From positions 1,071,482 to 1,135,481 of the forward strand of contig JBGARZ010000001.1 in assembly GCA_044229975.1 (NCBI GenBank): a DNA stretch of 64,000 nt, written 5' to 3'. Below, piece by piece: positions 29,793-39,617 of the stretch. This DNA comes from Polyangiales bacterium. Lineage in GTDB: Bacteria; Myxococcota_A; Polyangia; Polyangiales; Ga0077539. The notes beneath the pieces are model-generated. The model saw only the letters and a list, made by a program, of their open reading frames with translations. It was not told the DNA's origin and did no database searches. The stretch's first letter is position 1. Every line of letters begins with the position of its first letter. The translations under genes were made by a program, and so were the position numbers.

Positions 29793-32114
29793 CTAGAGCC
29801 ACGCCTTGAGGCCGGCCATCACCCCGGAGAAGCCCGTGAGCTTCACCTTCGTCGGACCCGTCTCGAACTTGAAGAGCGAGGAGTCGCGCTTGTACGTGTA
29901 GAAGCCCGCCTTCTGCGCGCTGACGCTCACCGCGACGCCGATGGTGTCGAGCTTCATCCCCACCATGCTGACCACGGCCGCGATCATCGACAGCTTGATC
30001 TGGTCCTTGGAGTCCTTGGCGGCCTTGATCGTGTACCACTTGGCCTGGGTCATCTCGGTGCGGACGATCTCCGTCTCCGTCACCTCCGGCGCCATCACCG
30101 TGTAGTTGAGCGCGTCGAAGAACAGGTACGACTGGTCGTTGACCGTCCAGCCGCCCGCTCCGACATTGATGGTCAGCGAGTCGTAGAGCTGCGCCGACAC
30201 CCCGCTCACCTTCATGGTGCGCGTCGCGCAGTGCGTCTCCAGCCGACCGTCGACGGTGGTGCTCTGCGTCCCGTGGTGCTCGTCGAGCAGCCCCGCGACC
30301 TCGGTGTACTGCGACGCGCAGGTCTCGATCTTGTGCCCCGTCACCTCGGTGGTGTGCGTGCCGTAGGTCTCGCCGTTGTGCGCGTCGACCACCGTCGTCT
30401 GCGTCGCGTGGAAGATCTCCGTCACGTCTTGCAGGACGTTGACCGTGTGCGTGTTGTCGTACTTCTCCTTGACGGCCTTCTGCACCTCCTCGGTCTTGTG
30501 CCCGCCGACCTCGATGTCCTGGTGGCTGCCCTGATGCACCAGCCCGTCGCCGTCGGTGCTCGCGATCATGTTGTGGGCGTGCGAGCCGTGGTGCGCGCCG
30601 AGGTGCAGGAAGGTGTTCTTCGGGGGCGTGGAGATGTCGATGTGCTGCGAGCCGTCGAGGTCTTCGAGCTCCCAACGGTTGTCGCTGCCGGTGTGGATGA
30701 CGTTCTTGGTGTGGTTGGCCGAGGTGACCACTGAGGGGTGATCGGTGTCGGGCATCGCACCCGCGATGACGGGCCGGTCGGGATCGCCGCCGAGGAAGGC
30801 CACCATCACCTCGGTGCCCTTGCGCAGCGGCATGTGCCAGCCCTCGGGCGAGCCCGCGTGCGGTTGCAGCATGCGAATCCAGGTCGACGCCTCGCCCGCC
30901 GGGTTGGCCTTCTCGTCGAGGTGCAGCCTCACCTTGTAACGACCCAGCGAGTCGATCTGCGAGTAGTCGCTGTCGGCCGGACCATCGACAAAACCGATCT
31001 CCACGCCCTCCACGCGCGGCGTCGGCGTCACCCGCTGCGGGCGGTACTGCACCGTCGCGCGCATCGCCTCGACCTCGACCTGGTACATGCTCCGACCGAG
31101 CCGCGCTCGCAGCGCCGCGGAGCCGTCGCCCTCGGGCAGCGCGTTGCCACGGTGGCGGAGCGACACGGCGAGGTACTCCTGGTTGAAGGCCGCGCGGGGA
31201 TGGGCATCGAGCTCGAAGCGCGCACCCGGTTGCAGATCGAAGACGCGACCACGGGCGGTGTAGCGCTCCTGGGAGGAGGTCCGCTCGTCGGCCCGGAGCT
31301 TCGCCGCGCGCGACGCATCGGTGGTCGTAGCCGCGTCGTCCTCCAGATGAAACACCGACTCGCCATAGCCGGGTCCCGCCTTGGGCTTGGAGACATCGAG
31401 CGCGGTGGTGGGCGTCGTGTCGTTGTAGTCGCGCACCCGGGATGCTGCGGTGAGCGCCGAGCGCCGATGGGTGAAGGTGTAGAGCGCGTCGGGCGCCGAG
31501 CTGTCTTCTTCGCCCGTCGCGAAGTACCGGACGGCCGCGGCGGGCGAGCGCGGGTGGTGCGCGTCGTCGTCGGTGATGATGAGCTTCTCGCGTTCGCCGT
31601 CGTGGTCGAACCACCAGAAGAGACCCGACTGCTCCATCCAGCGCTGGGCGAAATCGTGGTGGCTCTCGCGGTACTGGCAGACGTGTTCGAGGGGACGGTA
31701 GCGTTGCCCGAGCTGCAGCGCGAAGTCGTCGCCGTCGCGCAGCCCGACGGCCTGGAGCGTCTCCTTCAGGATCTCCTCCAGCGTGCGGCCGACGAAGACC
31801 TTGGAGTGGCGGTCCATCGATGCGAGCGACCAGCGCGGCGCGAAGGTGAGCTGTAGCAGCGAGCCCTCGACCCAGGTGGCGAAGACGACCACGCCGTGGA
31901 GCGTGCGCCGTGGTCCGCCGACGTCGTCGACGTAGCGCAGCGTGACGGCCTGACCGATCAGGTCGCGCAGCGAGAGGGCGTCAGACTCCTCCGCGGGGAC
32001 CGCGATCCAGACGTCGAAACGGTAGAGGGTGCAGAGGCCCTCGAAGCCGTCGATGCCCACCACCCGCGAGGTGGTCGGCAGCGAGGCGCCCTCGAACGAG
32101 AAGACTTCCGCCAT
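29793..32114 (-). CDS. vgrG: Type VI secretion spike protein VgrG (first copy)
   Basis: GFEGLCTLY, CQYRESHHDF, IDSLGRY, PLRKGTEV, GDPDRP. Confidence 0.93.
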   Translation of the reverse strand: MAEVFSFEGASLPTTSRVVGIDGFEGLCTLYRFDVWIAVPAEESDALSLRDLIGQAVTLRYVDDVGGPRRTLHGVVVFATWVEGSLLQLTFAPRWSLASMDRHSKVFVGRTLEEILKETLQAVGLRDGDDFALQLGQRYRPLEHVCQYRESHHDFAQRWMEQSGLFWWFDHDGEREKLIITDDDAHHPRSPAAAVRYFATGEEDSSAPDALYTFTHRRSALTAASRVRDYNDTTPTTALDVSKPKAGPGYGESVFHLEDDAATTTDASRAAKLRADERTSSQERYTARGRVFDLQPGARFELDAHPRAAFNQEYLAVSLRHRGNALPEGDGSAALRARLGRSMYQVEVEAMRATVQYRPQRVTPTPRVEGVEIGFVDGPADSDYSQIDSLGRYKVRLHLDEKANPAGEASTWIRMLQPHAGSPEGWHMPLRKGTEVMVAFLGGDPDRPVIAGAMPDTDHPSVVTSANHTKNVIHTGSDNRWELEDLDGSQHIDISTPPKNTFLHLGAHHGSHAHNMIASTDGDGLVHQGSHQDIEVGGHKTEEVQKAVKEKYDNTHTVNVLQDVTEIFHATQTTVVDAHNGETYGTHTTEVTGHKIETCASQYTEVAGLLDEHHGTQSTTVDGRLETHCATRTMKVSGVSAQLYDSLTINVGAGGWTVNDQSYLFFDALNYTVMAPEVTETEIVRTEMTQAKWYTIKAAKDSKDQIKLSMIAAVVSMVGMKLDTIGVAVSVSAQKAGFYTYKRDSSLFKFETGPTKVKLTGFSGVMAGLKAWL

Positions 32115-32179
32115 GAGTCACCTGCGCCGCAGTGGGCATCCCCGCGCGAGACCTTGTCAAGGTCGGACGGGGCACCGCT

Positions 32180-32896
32180 TCAGTCGGTGTGGATGCCGTC
32201 CGAGAGGTCGATCATCGAGGCGAGGAGCAACAGCATCGCGGCGCGCGACCACAGGTCGGGCTCGATGCTCCAGCGCACTCCGACGGGGTGTGTCACGTCG
32301 CCACGCCAGGCCGACAGCCCCTCCGTCGACGCCTCCACGAGGACCGCAGCACTCGCGTCGTCCAGCCACCGCACGCCGACACACTCGGGCGGCGAGAGGA
32401 ACGACCAGAACCCATGGATGCCGCCAACGAGAACAGGGTCGAGCCGCAGCGCGCGGCCACCGATCACGAGGCGGTCTTTCGGGTCGAGCGGCTCCGCGCG
32501 CCACTTCGTGCTTCGCCGGACCTGCGAGCGCACCGTGCCCGCGGCGTCGACGAGCGTGGTGCCCGTGCGTTCGGTGCGGGCGACGCCCTGTTGCGACCAG
32601 CGGCCGTCGGGTGTCGGCGCGAGCAGCGCCTCCTCGTAGGACTGCTCCGAGAGCCAGCGCGGGTGGCGACCGAGCGCACACCACGGACGCCCGCCGTGGT
32701 CGACGATGGCGTAGCCAGCTTCGAGGTAGCCCGGCGCGAGGCGCAGCCGGTCGAGGGGATCGTCGCCGCGACGTGGCTTGCTGATGGAGAGGACGGCGTC
32801 GTCGGCGTCGGTCCAGCGCCACAGGCGAAACTGCGAGGCCGTGCGGAGGATTTCCGTGGTCGGACCGATCCAATGGACGACGTCGCGAGGAGGCAT
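32180..32896 (-). CDS. Hypothetical protein upstream of the vgrG array
   Basis: 238-aa ORF with globular composition and GGAG upstream; co-oriented with vgrG; no family recognised. Confidence 0.55.
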   Translation of the reverse strand: MPPRDVVHWIGPTTEILRTASQFRLWRWTDADDAVLSISKPRRGDDPLDRLRLAPGYLEAGYAIVDHGGRPWCALGRHPRWLSEQSYEEALLAPTPDGRWSQQGVARTERTGTTLVDAAGTVRSQVRRSTKWRAEPLDPKDRLVIGGRALRLDPVLVGGIHGFWSFLSPPECVGVRWLDDASAAVLVEASTEGLSAWRGDVTHPVGVRWSIEPDLWSRAAMLLLLASMIDLSDGIHTD

Positions 32897-32905
32897 CGGG
32901 GGCGA

Positions 32906-33145
32906 CTACTCCGCGGGCGGCGGATCGGGCTCGCGATTGGGGAGCTGCACCGCGGCGCCGCCGATCTGGATGCGGGTGGTGCCAGCCTCGGGCTGGTTGC
33001 GGATGTCGACGGTGGGGACGCCGATGGCGTGCTCGACGTGGAGCTGCACGTTGGGGTCGCGCGGCGGCGCGGGCGGCGGCTCGCGGCGCGGACAGCCGAG
33101 GACGGCGACGGCCGTTGCGACGAGGGCGAACGTTCTAGAGGTCAA
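32906..33145 (-). CDS. Small putative lipoprotein
   Basis: TTG start overlapping the end of kup; TFALVATAVAVLGC lipobox. Confidence 0.5.
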   Translation of the reverse strand: MTSRTFALVATAVAVLGCPRREPPPAPPRDPNVQLHVEHAIGVPTVDIRNQPEAGTTRIQIGGAAVQLPNREPDPPPAE

Positions 33146-35048
33146 TCTGGACTCCAAGCTCGACCACCTTCTCGGCGGGCACCCCGAAGTAGAGCGGTGC
33201 GCTGTGGGCGTTGCGGTTGAGAAAGGCGAAGAGCGACTCGGTCCACGGGCCCATGCGCCCCTTGGCGCCCGCGATGAAGGTCTCGCGACCGAGGTAGTAG
33301 GTCACGTCGTCCATCGAGAACGGGAGCGTTCCTTCGGCGATGGCCTGGGCGAGCATCGAGGGGACGTTGGGGCTCTCCATGAAGCCGCAGCGCGCGATGA
33401 CCCGGTGGATGCCCGGCGCGATGAGCTCGACCTTGATGCGCCCGGCCTTCGGCACGACGGGGATATGGTCGGTGGTGATGGTGAGCAGCACGACGGTCTC
33501 CTGAAGGACACGCAGGCGCTCGACGTGGTGGAAGAGCACCGGGGGTGTTCCGGTAGCGCTCGACGCGAGGAACACCGCGACGCCCGGCGTGCGCGCGACG
33601 ACGCGATCGGGGAGGGTCGCGAGGAAGCCCGCCAGCGGCGGAGAGCGCTCGGCGAAGTAGTCGCCCAGGTGGGTGCGTCCCATCTTCCAGACGATCATCA
33701 CGACGCAGAAGACGACGGCCACGGCGACGGGGAGGTAACCGCCGTCGAAGAACTTCAGGAGGTTGGCGACCAGGAAGGGGATGTCGAAGGCGAGGAAGAG
33801 CAGCAGCAGCGCCCAGGACTTCCACGCGGGCCACTTCCACGTCTCCCGCGTGACGGCGAAGAACGCGATGCTGGTGATGGCCATGGTGCCGGAGACGGCG
33901 AGCCCGTAGGCCGCCGCGAGCGACGACGAATGCTTGAAGGCGACCACGAGCGAGATGCACGCCCCGGCGAGCGCCCAGTTGACGCTGGGGATGTAGATCT
34001 GCCCCTCGGCGCTACCCGAGGTGTGGCGGATGAGCACGCGCGGGAGGTAGCCGAGGCGCACGGCCTGCTGGGTGAGCGAGAAGATGCCGGAGATGAGCGC
34101 CTGCGAGGCGATGACCGTGGCGGGCGCCGCGAGGGCCACGAGCGCGACCGTGGCCGGCCCGACGGGGACCATGCTGAAGAAGGGCGCGGAGGCGAGCGCA
34201 GGGTGCGCGAGGACGAGCGCTCCCTGCCCGAGGTAGCAGCAGACGAGGGCGGGAAACACGAAGCCCAGCCAGACGTACCGGATGGGCTTCGCTCCGAAGT
34301 GACCCATGTCGGCGTAGAGGGCCTCGCCGCCGGTGACCGCGAGCACGACGGAGCCGAGGAGCCGGAAGCCGTGGCTACCGTGGTGCGCGAAGAAGCGGAC
34401 GCCGTAGACGGGCGAGAAGGCGTGGAGGACGGCGGGGTTGTGGGCGAGGTGCCAGAGGCCGAGACCGCCTATGACGCTGAACCAGAGCGCCATGATGGGG
34501 CCGAAGACGCGGCCGATGCCGGCGGTGCCCCGGCGCTGGATGGCGAAGAGCGCGACGAGGATCGCGACGGTGATGGGCACGACGTACGAGCGCACCGACG
34601 GAGCGACGAGCTGGAGGCCCTCGATGGCGCTCAAGACGGAGATGGCGGGAGTCACGATGCCGTCGCCGAAGAGCAGGGCGGCGCCGACGATGACCAGCAG
34701 CGCCACGGTGCCGAAGCGCACCGAGCCCGGCTTGCGTGCGCGCTCGGGGAGGAGCGCGAGCAGCGAGAAGATGCCGCCCTCGCCCCGGTTGTCGGCGCGC
34801 ATCACGAAGGCGAGGTACTTCACCGTCACGACCATCACCAGCGACCAGATGATGAGCGAGAGCACGCCGAGGACGTTGTCGCGCGTGGGCGTGACGCCGT
34901 GGGGCGAGCCGACGCACTCCTGGAAGGTGTAGAGGGGGGACGTTCCGATGTCGCCGTAGACGATGCCGACGGCGCCCAGCATCAGCGCGGTGAGGCTCTC
35001 GGTGTGGGACGAACCGTGCGCTGGGTCTTCGGAGGGGTTGGTGCTCAT
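33135..35048 (-). CDS. kup: KUP/HAK/KT potassium uptake transporter
   Basis: GIVYGDIGTSPLY, ADNRGEGG, GEALYADMGHFG, GQIYIP, LAAAYG, YYLGRET. Confidence 0.96.
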   Translation of the reverse strand: MSTNPSEDPAHGSSHTESLTALMLGAVGIVYGDIGTSPLYTFQECVGSPHGVTPTRDNVLGVLSLIIWSLVMVVTVKYLAFVMRADNRGEGGIFSLLALLPERARKPGSVRFGTVALLVIVGAALLFGDGIVTPAISVLSAIEGLQLVAPSVRSYVVPITVAILVALFAIQRRGTAGIGRVFGPIMALWFSVIGGLGLWHLAHNPAVLHAFSPVYGVRFFAHHGSHGFRLLGSVVLAVTGGEALYADMGHFGAKPIRYVWLGFVFPALVCCYLGQGALVLAHPALASAPFFSMVPVGPATVALVALAAPATVIASQALISGIFSLTQQAVRLGYLPRVLIRHTSGSAEGQIYIPSVNWALAGACISLVVAFKHSSSLAAAYGLAVSGTMAITSIAFFAVTRETWKWPAWKSWALLLLFLAFDIPFLVANLLKFFDGGYLPVAVAVVFCVVMIVWKMGRTHLGDYFAERSPPLAGFLATLPDRVVARTPGVAVFLASSATGTPPVLFHHVERLRVLQETVVLLTITTDHIPVVPKAGRIKVELIAPGIHRVIARCGFMESPNVPSMLAQAIAEGTLPFSMDDVTYYLGRETFIAGAKGRMGPWTESLFAFLNRNAHSAPLYFGVPAEKVVELGVQIDL

Positions 35049-35159
35049 CGGCAGCGCGATGTGAACGCCATTCGTCGCGCCACGGCAAGACGAACCCCGC
35101 ACGGCCTCAACGGCATCGCCAGAACTCCCTGTTCGCGGTGGTGGGCTCACCATCGGGTC

Positions 35160-35636
35160 TCAGCCGATGCTGACGATCTCGATGGCGCGTTCGACGCCGC
35201 CGGTGACGACCTCGCAGACGTCCCCCACCTCGCGTCCCACGATGGCCCGTCCGAGCGGGGACATCGGGGTCACGACGTGAACGCGGCCTTCCGCGAGCAC
35301 GCTCCCTCCCCCGTGTGGCGCGACGAAGAGCACCCGCTCCACGTCGTCCTCGCTCGTCGTCACGAGCGAGCCGGTCACGACGGTTCCGTGCCCGGCGCTG
35401 AAGTGCATCGCCGCGACCTCGGCGACGGCCCGCTGCGCCTCCTCGACGCGGGCGGCCTGTCCGCGCGCGAGGTACGACTGTTCGAGGGCGCGGGTGTCCT
35501 TGCTGTTCTCGGGTCGGGCCTCTTCGTGGGTCGCGCCTTCGAGGGTCTCGTGGTGCGCCCGCAGGAGCTGTTCGAGGTTGGTCTGGAGTCGCGTGAGCAG
35601 CTCGTCGCGGAGCGCCGATCGGTTGGGCAGTGACAT
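35160..35636 (-). CDS. GreA/GreB family elongation factor
   Basis: ATHEEARPENSKDTRALEQSYLARGQ; C-terminal TPMSPLGRAIVGREVGD. Confidence 0.82.
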   Translation of the reverse strand: MSLPNRSALRDELLTRLQTNLEQLLRAHHETLEGATHEEARPENSKDTRALEQSYLARGQAARVEEAQRAVAEVAAMHFSAGHGTVVTGSLVTTSEDDVERVLFVAPHGGGSVLAEGRVHVVTPMSPLGRAIVGREVGDVCEVVTGGVERAIEIVSIG

Positions 35637-35695
35637 GGGTGGGCCGCGACCGATCTATCGGTGACGCGGGCTGCGCGCCAGTGCCTTCGAGCGGG

Positions 35696-37267
35696 TCAGC
35701 GCTGTCGCGGGCTGACCTCGATCTCGCCCATCATCCCGCGCTCGGAGTGCTCGGAGATGTGGCAGTGGTACATCCAGCGCCCGGGGTTTTCGAGGTACGT
35801 GAGCACCGTCACGGGCTGCGCGCCGCGCACCAGCACGGTGTCCTTGAGGCCGGGCTCCTCGGCCGCGCGCGCCGCCGGGGCGATGATCTGGAAGAACTGC
35901 CCGTGCAGGTGAAACGGGTGCTCCGGGCTCACGTTGGAGCGCAGCGTGATGGCCACCGGGGTCATCTGTTGGAAGAGCCGTGCCGCGTGGTCGTGCGGGC
36001 CGCCCGCGTCCACGAGGTGATGCCCCGCCGTGCCGTTGATGGTGAACTCCACCCCGCCGTCGACCTGTCCCCCGGACAGCGCGAGCGACCACGTCTCCAT
36101 CACCGTCGGGTCGGTGAAGGGCAGCGTCACCTCCGGCGCGACGTACGGCTTGCGCACCGGCACCTCGCCCACGAGGCTCACCCGCGCCATCGGAAACGGA
36201 ACCGTCACCACCTGGTCGTTGGCGTCGAGCGTGAGCACCATCGCGCGCAGCAACACCTCGGTCTGCTCGGCGGGCGCCTCGTAGCGGACCTCCAGTTCGA
36301 AGCGCTGCCCCGGCGCGATGTCGAGGCTCTCGGTCTCGTACGGCGTCGGCAGCAGACCACCGTCGGTGCCGATGACGCGGATGGTCGCGCCCACGAGCTC
36401 CAGCGTGTACGAGCGAGCGTTGGCGCTGTTGATGATGCGCCAGCGCTCGACGCTGTTGCGGGGCGCCTCGAAGGCCCACGGGGTAGAGCTTCCGTTGATG
36501 AGCAGCGTGTTGCCGAGGCGCCCACGGCCCACGTCGGGGCCGCTGTTGAGGAAGGCGCTGATGCGACCGGCGGCGGTGAGGCGCACGTCGTCGAGGACGA
36601 TGACGCGCTCGCGGTCGACGGGCGGCGGCCGTCGCTCGTGCACCACGATGGAGCCGGAGAGGCCGCGCTCGATCTGCTCGATGCTGTTGACGTGGGCGTG
36701 GTACCAGAACGTCCCCGCCTCGGGGACGACGAAGTCGTACGTGAACGAACCACCGGGCTCGACGGGCTGCTGGATGCGGGGCGAGCCGTCCATCTGATCG
36801 CTGATTCGCAGGCCGTGCCAGTGCACGGTGTGCGGCACGTCCATGTCGTTCTGGAAGTGAACGATCACCCGGTCGCCGACGCGCGCATGCAGCAACGGCC
36901 CAGGCACCATGCCGTTGTAGGCGAGCACGGGCGTCTGGAGCGAGCCGGTGAAGTTGGCCTCGGCCGCGGAGGCTGTGAGAGACACTTCCACAATGGTCGG
37001 GTCGGGGTTGGTGTCGACCAGCGCGGGCGGACCTTCGAGCGGCGGCAGCGGCGGCACCGCGGGCACATCGGCGAGGTCGCTCGCGACGTCGGCCGGAGCG
37101 TCGACCGCGACGTCCATGACGAGCCCGGCATCGACCGCAGTGGGCGGCGTCGCAGGGGCCGGATCACTGCACGCGGCGACGAGCGAGAGCGTGCTCGCGA
37201 GGAAGGCGGAGCGCCCGATCGTCACCCGCCGAAAGGCATCCCACCGTCGACCCATGTGCTTGGACAT
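35696..37267 (-). CDS. Multicopper oxidase lipoprotein
   Basis: All four copper motifs: HWHG, WYHAH, HPFHLHG, YHCHISEHSERGM; lipobox LVAAC. Confidence 0.93.
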   Translation of the reverse strand: MSKHMGRRWDAFRRVTIGRSAFLASTLSLVAACSDPAPATPPTAVDAGLVMDVAVDAPADVASDLADVPAVPPLPPLEGPPALVDTNPDPTIVEVSLTASAAEANFTGSLQTPVLAYNGMVPGPLLHARVGDRVIVHFQNDMDVPHTVHWHGLRISDQMDGSPRIQQPVEPGGSFTYDFVVPEAGTFWYHAHVNSIEQIERGLSGSIVVHERRPPPVDRERVIVLDDVRLTAAGRISAFLNSGPDVGRGRLGNTLLINGSSTPWAFEAPRNSVERWRIINSANARSYTLELVGATIRVIGTDGGLLPTPYETESLDIAPGQRFELEVRYEAPAEQTEVLLRAMVLTLDANDQVVTVPFPMARVSLVGEVPVRKPYVAPEVTLPFTDPTVMETWSLALSGGQVDGGVEFTINGTAGHHLVDAGGPHDHAARLFQQMTPVAITLRSNVSPEHPFHLHGQFFQIIAPAARAAEEPGLKDTVLVRGAQPVTVLTYLENPGRWMYHCHISEHSERGMMGEIEVSPRQR

Positions 37268-37440
37268 CGATTTCTTCGTCTCGTTATCACCGTTGTCGGG
37301 AGCGGGTCTCAGGTGTGCGGCCGGACGTTGCGGTCAGTGGTGAAGGTCACGCGATCGAGCCGTACCAGAGCTCGTCTCCAACACTCTCCGCGTGCCGGAC
37401 GCACACCTGAAACCCGCAGGAATCCCGCGGCTGACAGACA

Positions 37441-37469
37441 TTATTGATATTGATACTTGATGTCAATAA
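37441..37469. promoter_or_regulatory. AT-rich palindromic operator upstream of the multicopper oxidase (Fur-family-like)
   Basis: TTATTGATATTGATACTTGATGTCAATAA has TTATTGA/TCAATAA arms and is a striking AT island in GC-rich DNA. Confidence 0.55.
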
Positions 37470-37518
37470 CGGATATTTCGATGGGCGGGGTGACGAGGCA
37501 CCGACGCTGTCCTGCCTG

Positions 37519-37749
37519 CTACGCCTTGCCGCGCACCGCCGGGAAAGACGTCGTCGCAGGCATCGCGTGCATGGAGCTGAGCGCCTCGCTGAGAACGACC
37601 CAGAGCCCCTCGGCGGAGCCTTCGTCGAGGCGCACGGAGACGGGGCCCATGTGCATGGTGATGCAGCCGCACTCCTCGCAGCGCTGGATGTGCGCGACGG
37701 AGTTTCGGGCGAGCGTTCGGTGGTGGCAGACCTTCATGGGGTTGGACAT
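37519..37749 (-). CDS. Small Cys/His-rich protein at the end of the heme operon
   Basis: ATG overlaps the hemS TGA; MSNPMKVCHH...RCEECGCITMHMGPVSVRLD. Confidence 0.65.
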   Translation of the reverse strand: MSNPMKVCHHRTLARNSVAHIQRCEECGCITMHMGPVSVRLDEGSAEGLWVVLSEALSSMHAMPATTSFPAVRGKA

Positions 37750-38816
37750 CAGAGACCTCCGAGGACGGGCAGCGAGTCGATGATGGCGCGCCACCCGGGC
37801 GGGTCTTCCTCACGACGGCCGCGCTTGCCGAAGATGAGGGCGACGTTGCGACCGCTCGCGTCGTAGAGCTCGAGGCTGGTCACGGTGCCCGCGTTGCAGG
37901 GCTTGCGAACCCGCCAGGCGCGCGCGACGAGCGAGTCGTGGACGTGCAGGTTGAAGGTCGGGTCGAGCACGTTGGTCCAGCCGTCGACGACGACGACCTT
38001 GCGCACGATGTCGCTGAAGATCTGGAGCATCCCGTCGTTGCCGACGAAGACCATGATCTTCTCGCTCACGTCGCGCGCGGCCTCCAGCACGAGGCGCAGC
38101 GACCCGGCGTCGACGGGCTCGGCCCACGGCGCACCCACGCGGCGGAGCGACTCCTCGCGGTCGAGGTCGAAGTTCTTGAGCAGCCCGAAGAAGGCGTGCG
38201 GGTCGGGCATCTTCGACCACGCGTCGCGCAGTGTCTCGCGGTCGACGTCACCCGACGCCGTCGAGGCGGGCGCGGGCTCGCGCGAGACCTCGATGGCGTC
38301 GACGCCGAGCGGGTTGGTGTGCGCGGTGACCAGCGCCTCGAAGGCGTCGGCGTGGGCCTCGTCGCGCTGGAAGATCTTGTGCACCGCGTCGCCGCGGCCG
38401 TCGAAGAACTGCAAGCTGCGCCGGGTCTTGCCCCGGAAGGGCTCGCGCACCGCGAGGCCGAAGGACCACGCGTGCAGGAAGATGCGGAGGTCGATGGGCT
38501 CGCCCGCGACCTGACCGGGGCCGTTCTCTCCCATGAACTCGGGCGCGCCGTAGGCCCCGATGATCTCGCTCACCACCGCCTCGTTGCGGGTGAGCGCCAT
38601 CGACTCGCCCAGCGTCGGGAAGGCCGCGAACATCTCGCGCCACCTCTCGTCGAGGCGCGTGACGGTGGGCTGCGCGGCGACGAGCTCGCACTCCGAGACG
38701 CCGAGCGTGCGGGCCGCGTCGCGGGCGCGGAGGTGGGGATGCTGCGCGCGGAGGTCGGCGTAGCGTTCGCGGAGGGGCGTTGCCGGTGACGATGATGCGG
38801 TCGTGTCGAGGCTCAT
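37749..38816 (-). CDS. hemS: Hemin-degrading/trafficking factor, HemS/ChuS/HmuS family
   Basis: RARDAARTLGVSECELV, ALTRNEAVVSE, IDLRIF, SLQFFDGRGDAVHKIF, IMVFVGN, FNLH, VTSLELYD. Confidence 0.93.
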   Translation of the reverse strand: MSLDTTASSSPATPLRERYADLRAQHPHLRARDAARTLGVSECELVAAQPTVTRLDERWREMFAAFPTLGESMALTRNEAVVSEIIGAYGAPEFMGENGPGQVAGEPIDLRIFLHAWSFGLAVREPFRGKTRRSLQFFDGRGDAVHKIFQRDEAHADAFEALVTAHTNPLGVDAIEVSREPAPASTASGDVDRETLRDAWSKMPDPHAFFGLLKNFDLDREESLRRVGAPWAEPVDAGSLRLVLEAARDVSEKIMVFVGNDGMLQIFSDIVRKVVVVDGWTNVLDPTFNLHVHDSLVARAWRVRKPCNAGTVTSLELYDASGRNVALIFGKRGRREEDPPGWRAIIDSLPVLGGL

Positions 38817-38843
38817 GCGTGTGACCTTCCTGGCTGGCGTTGG

Positions 38844-39617
38844 CTACGTGGGTACGGGCGCGGCGATGCGCGACGACGAGTGGGGCGCTTCGAGGAGCAC
38901 GAAGGGGACACCAAATGCTGACTCGAGCGAGGCGGGCGTGAGCGCTTCGGTGCAGGGCCCGGCAGCGATGACGGCGCCGTCGCAGAGCAGCAGCGCGTCG
39001 TCAGCGTAGGCGAGCGCGAGGCTCACGTCGTGGAGCACCGCGATGACCGCGACCCCCTGGCGGGCACGCAGGCGCATGGCGGCGAGCAGGCGGTGCTGCG
39101 CGGCCGGGTCGAGGTTGGCGACGGGCTCGTCGAGCAGCAATAGCGCGCGGTCGACGCCGTCGATCTGGGTGAGCGCGCGGGCGGCCTGCACCCGTCGGCG
39201 CTCGCCTCCGGAGAGGCGCGACATGAGGCGCGACCCGAAGGCCGAGGCATCGGTCGCGGAGAGCGAGCGCTCGACGGCGCGGTCGGCGGCGGGGAGGCGC
39301 TGATCGCCGTGCGGCAGACGACCAAGGCGCGCGAACTCGGCGGCCGTGAAGGGCCAGACGGTGGGCGGGTCTTGGAGCATCACGGCGCGGCGGCGGGCGA
39401 GCACGCGCGGCTCCCACGCGCGGAGGGCGACGTCGTCGAGGGAGACGGTTCCGCGGTTGGGGGCGCGGTCGCCCGCGAGGAGGCGGAGCAGCGTGCTCTT
39501 GCCCGCGCCGTTGGGGCCAAGCACCGCGAGCACGCGACCCTCGCGAGCCTCGACGGAGACGCCCCGCAGCACCGAGCGGCCCTCGCGGGTGAGGTGCAGG
39601 TCGTCGGCGACGATCAC
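38844..39617 (-). CDS. hmuV: Heme ABC transporter ATP-binding protein
   Basis: GPNGAGKST, LSGGERRRV, LLLDEP, VLHD; heme-operon context. Confidence 0.9.
   Translation of the reverse strand: MIVADDLHLTREGRSVLRGVSVEAREGRVLAVLGPNGAGKSTLLRLLAGDRAPNRGTVSLDDVALRAWEPRVLARRRAVMLQDPPTVWPFTAAEFARLGRLPHGDQRLPAADRAVERSLSATDASAFGSRLMSRLSGGERRRVQAARALTQIDGVDRALLLLDEPVANLDPAAQHRLLAAMRLRARQGVAVIAVLHDVSLALAYADDALLLCDGAVIAAGPCTEALTPASLESAFGVPFVLLEAPHSSSRIAAPVPT

Noticed and set aside
25083..32114. Diversity-generating retroelement acting on the vgrG repeats
   Set aside because: There is no reverse transcriptase, and the near-identical blocks are ordinary coding paralog segments rather than a template/variable repeat pair.
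35049..35159. c-di-AMP riboswitch upstream of kup
   Set aside because: The gap is only about 110 bp and shows no recognisable ydaO-type motifs.
32778..35633. Very long alternative-frame ORFs (this 951-aa one, also 7065-9527, 23373-26120, 27668-29776)
   Set aside because: They are stop-poor antisense or off-frame shadows expected at this GC content; they overlap well-supported genes and have no motifs.
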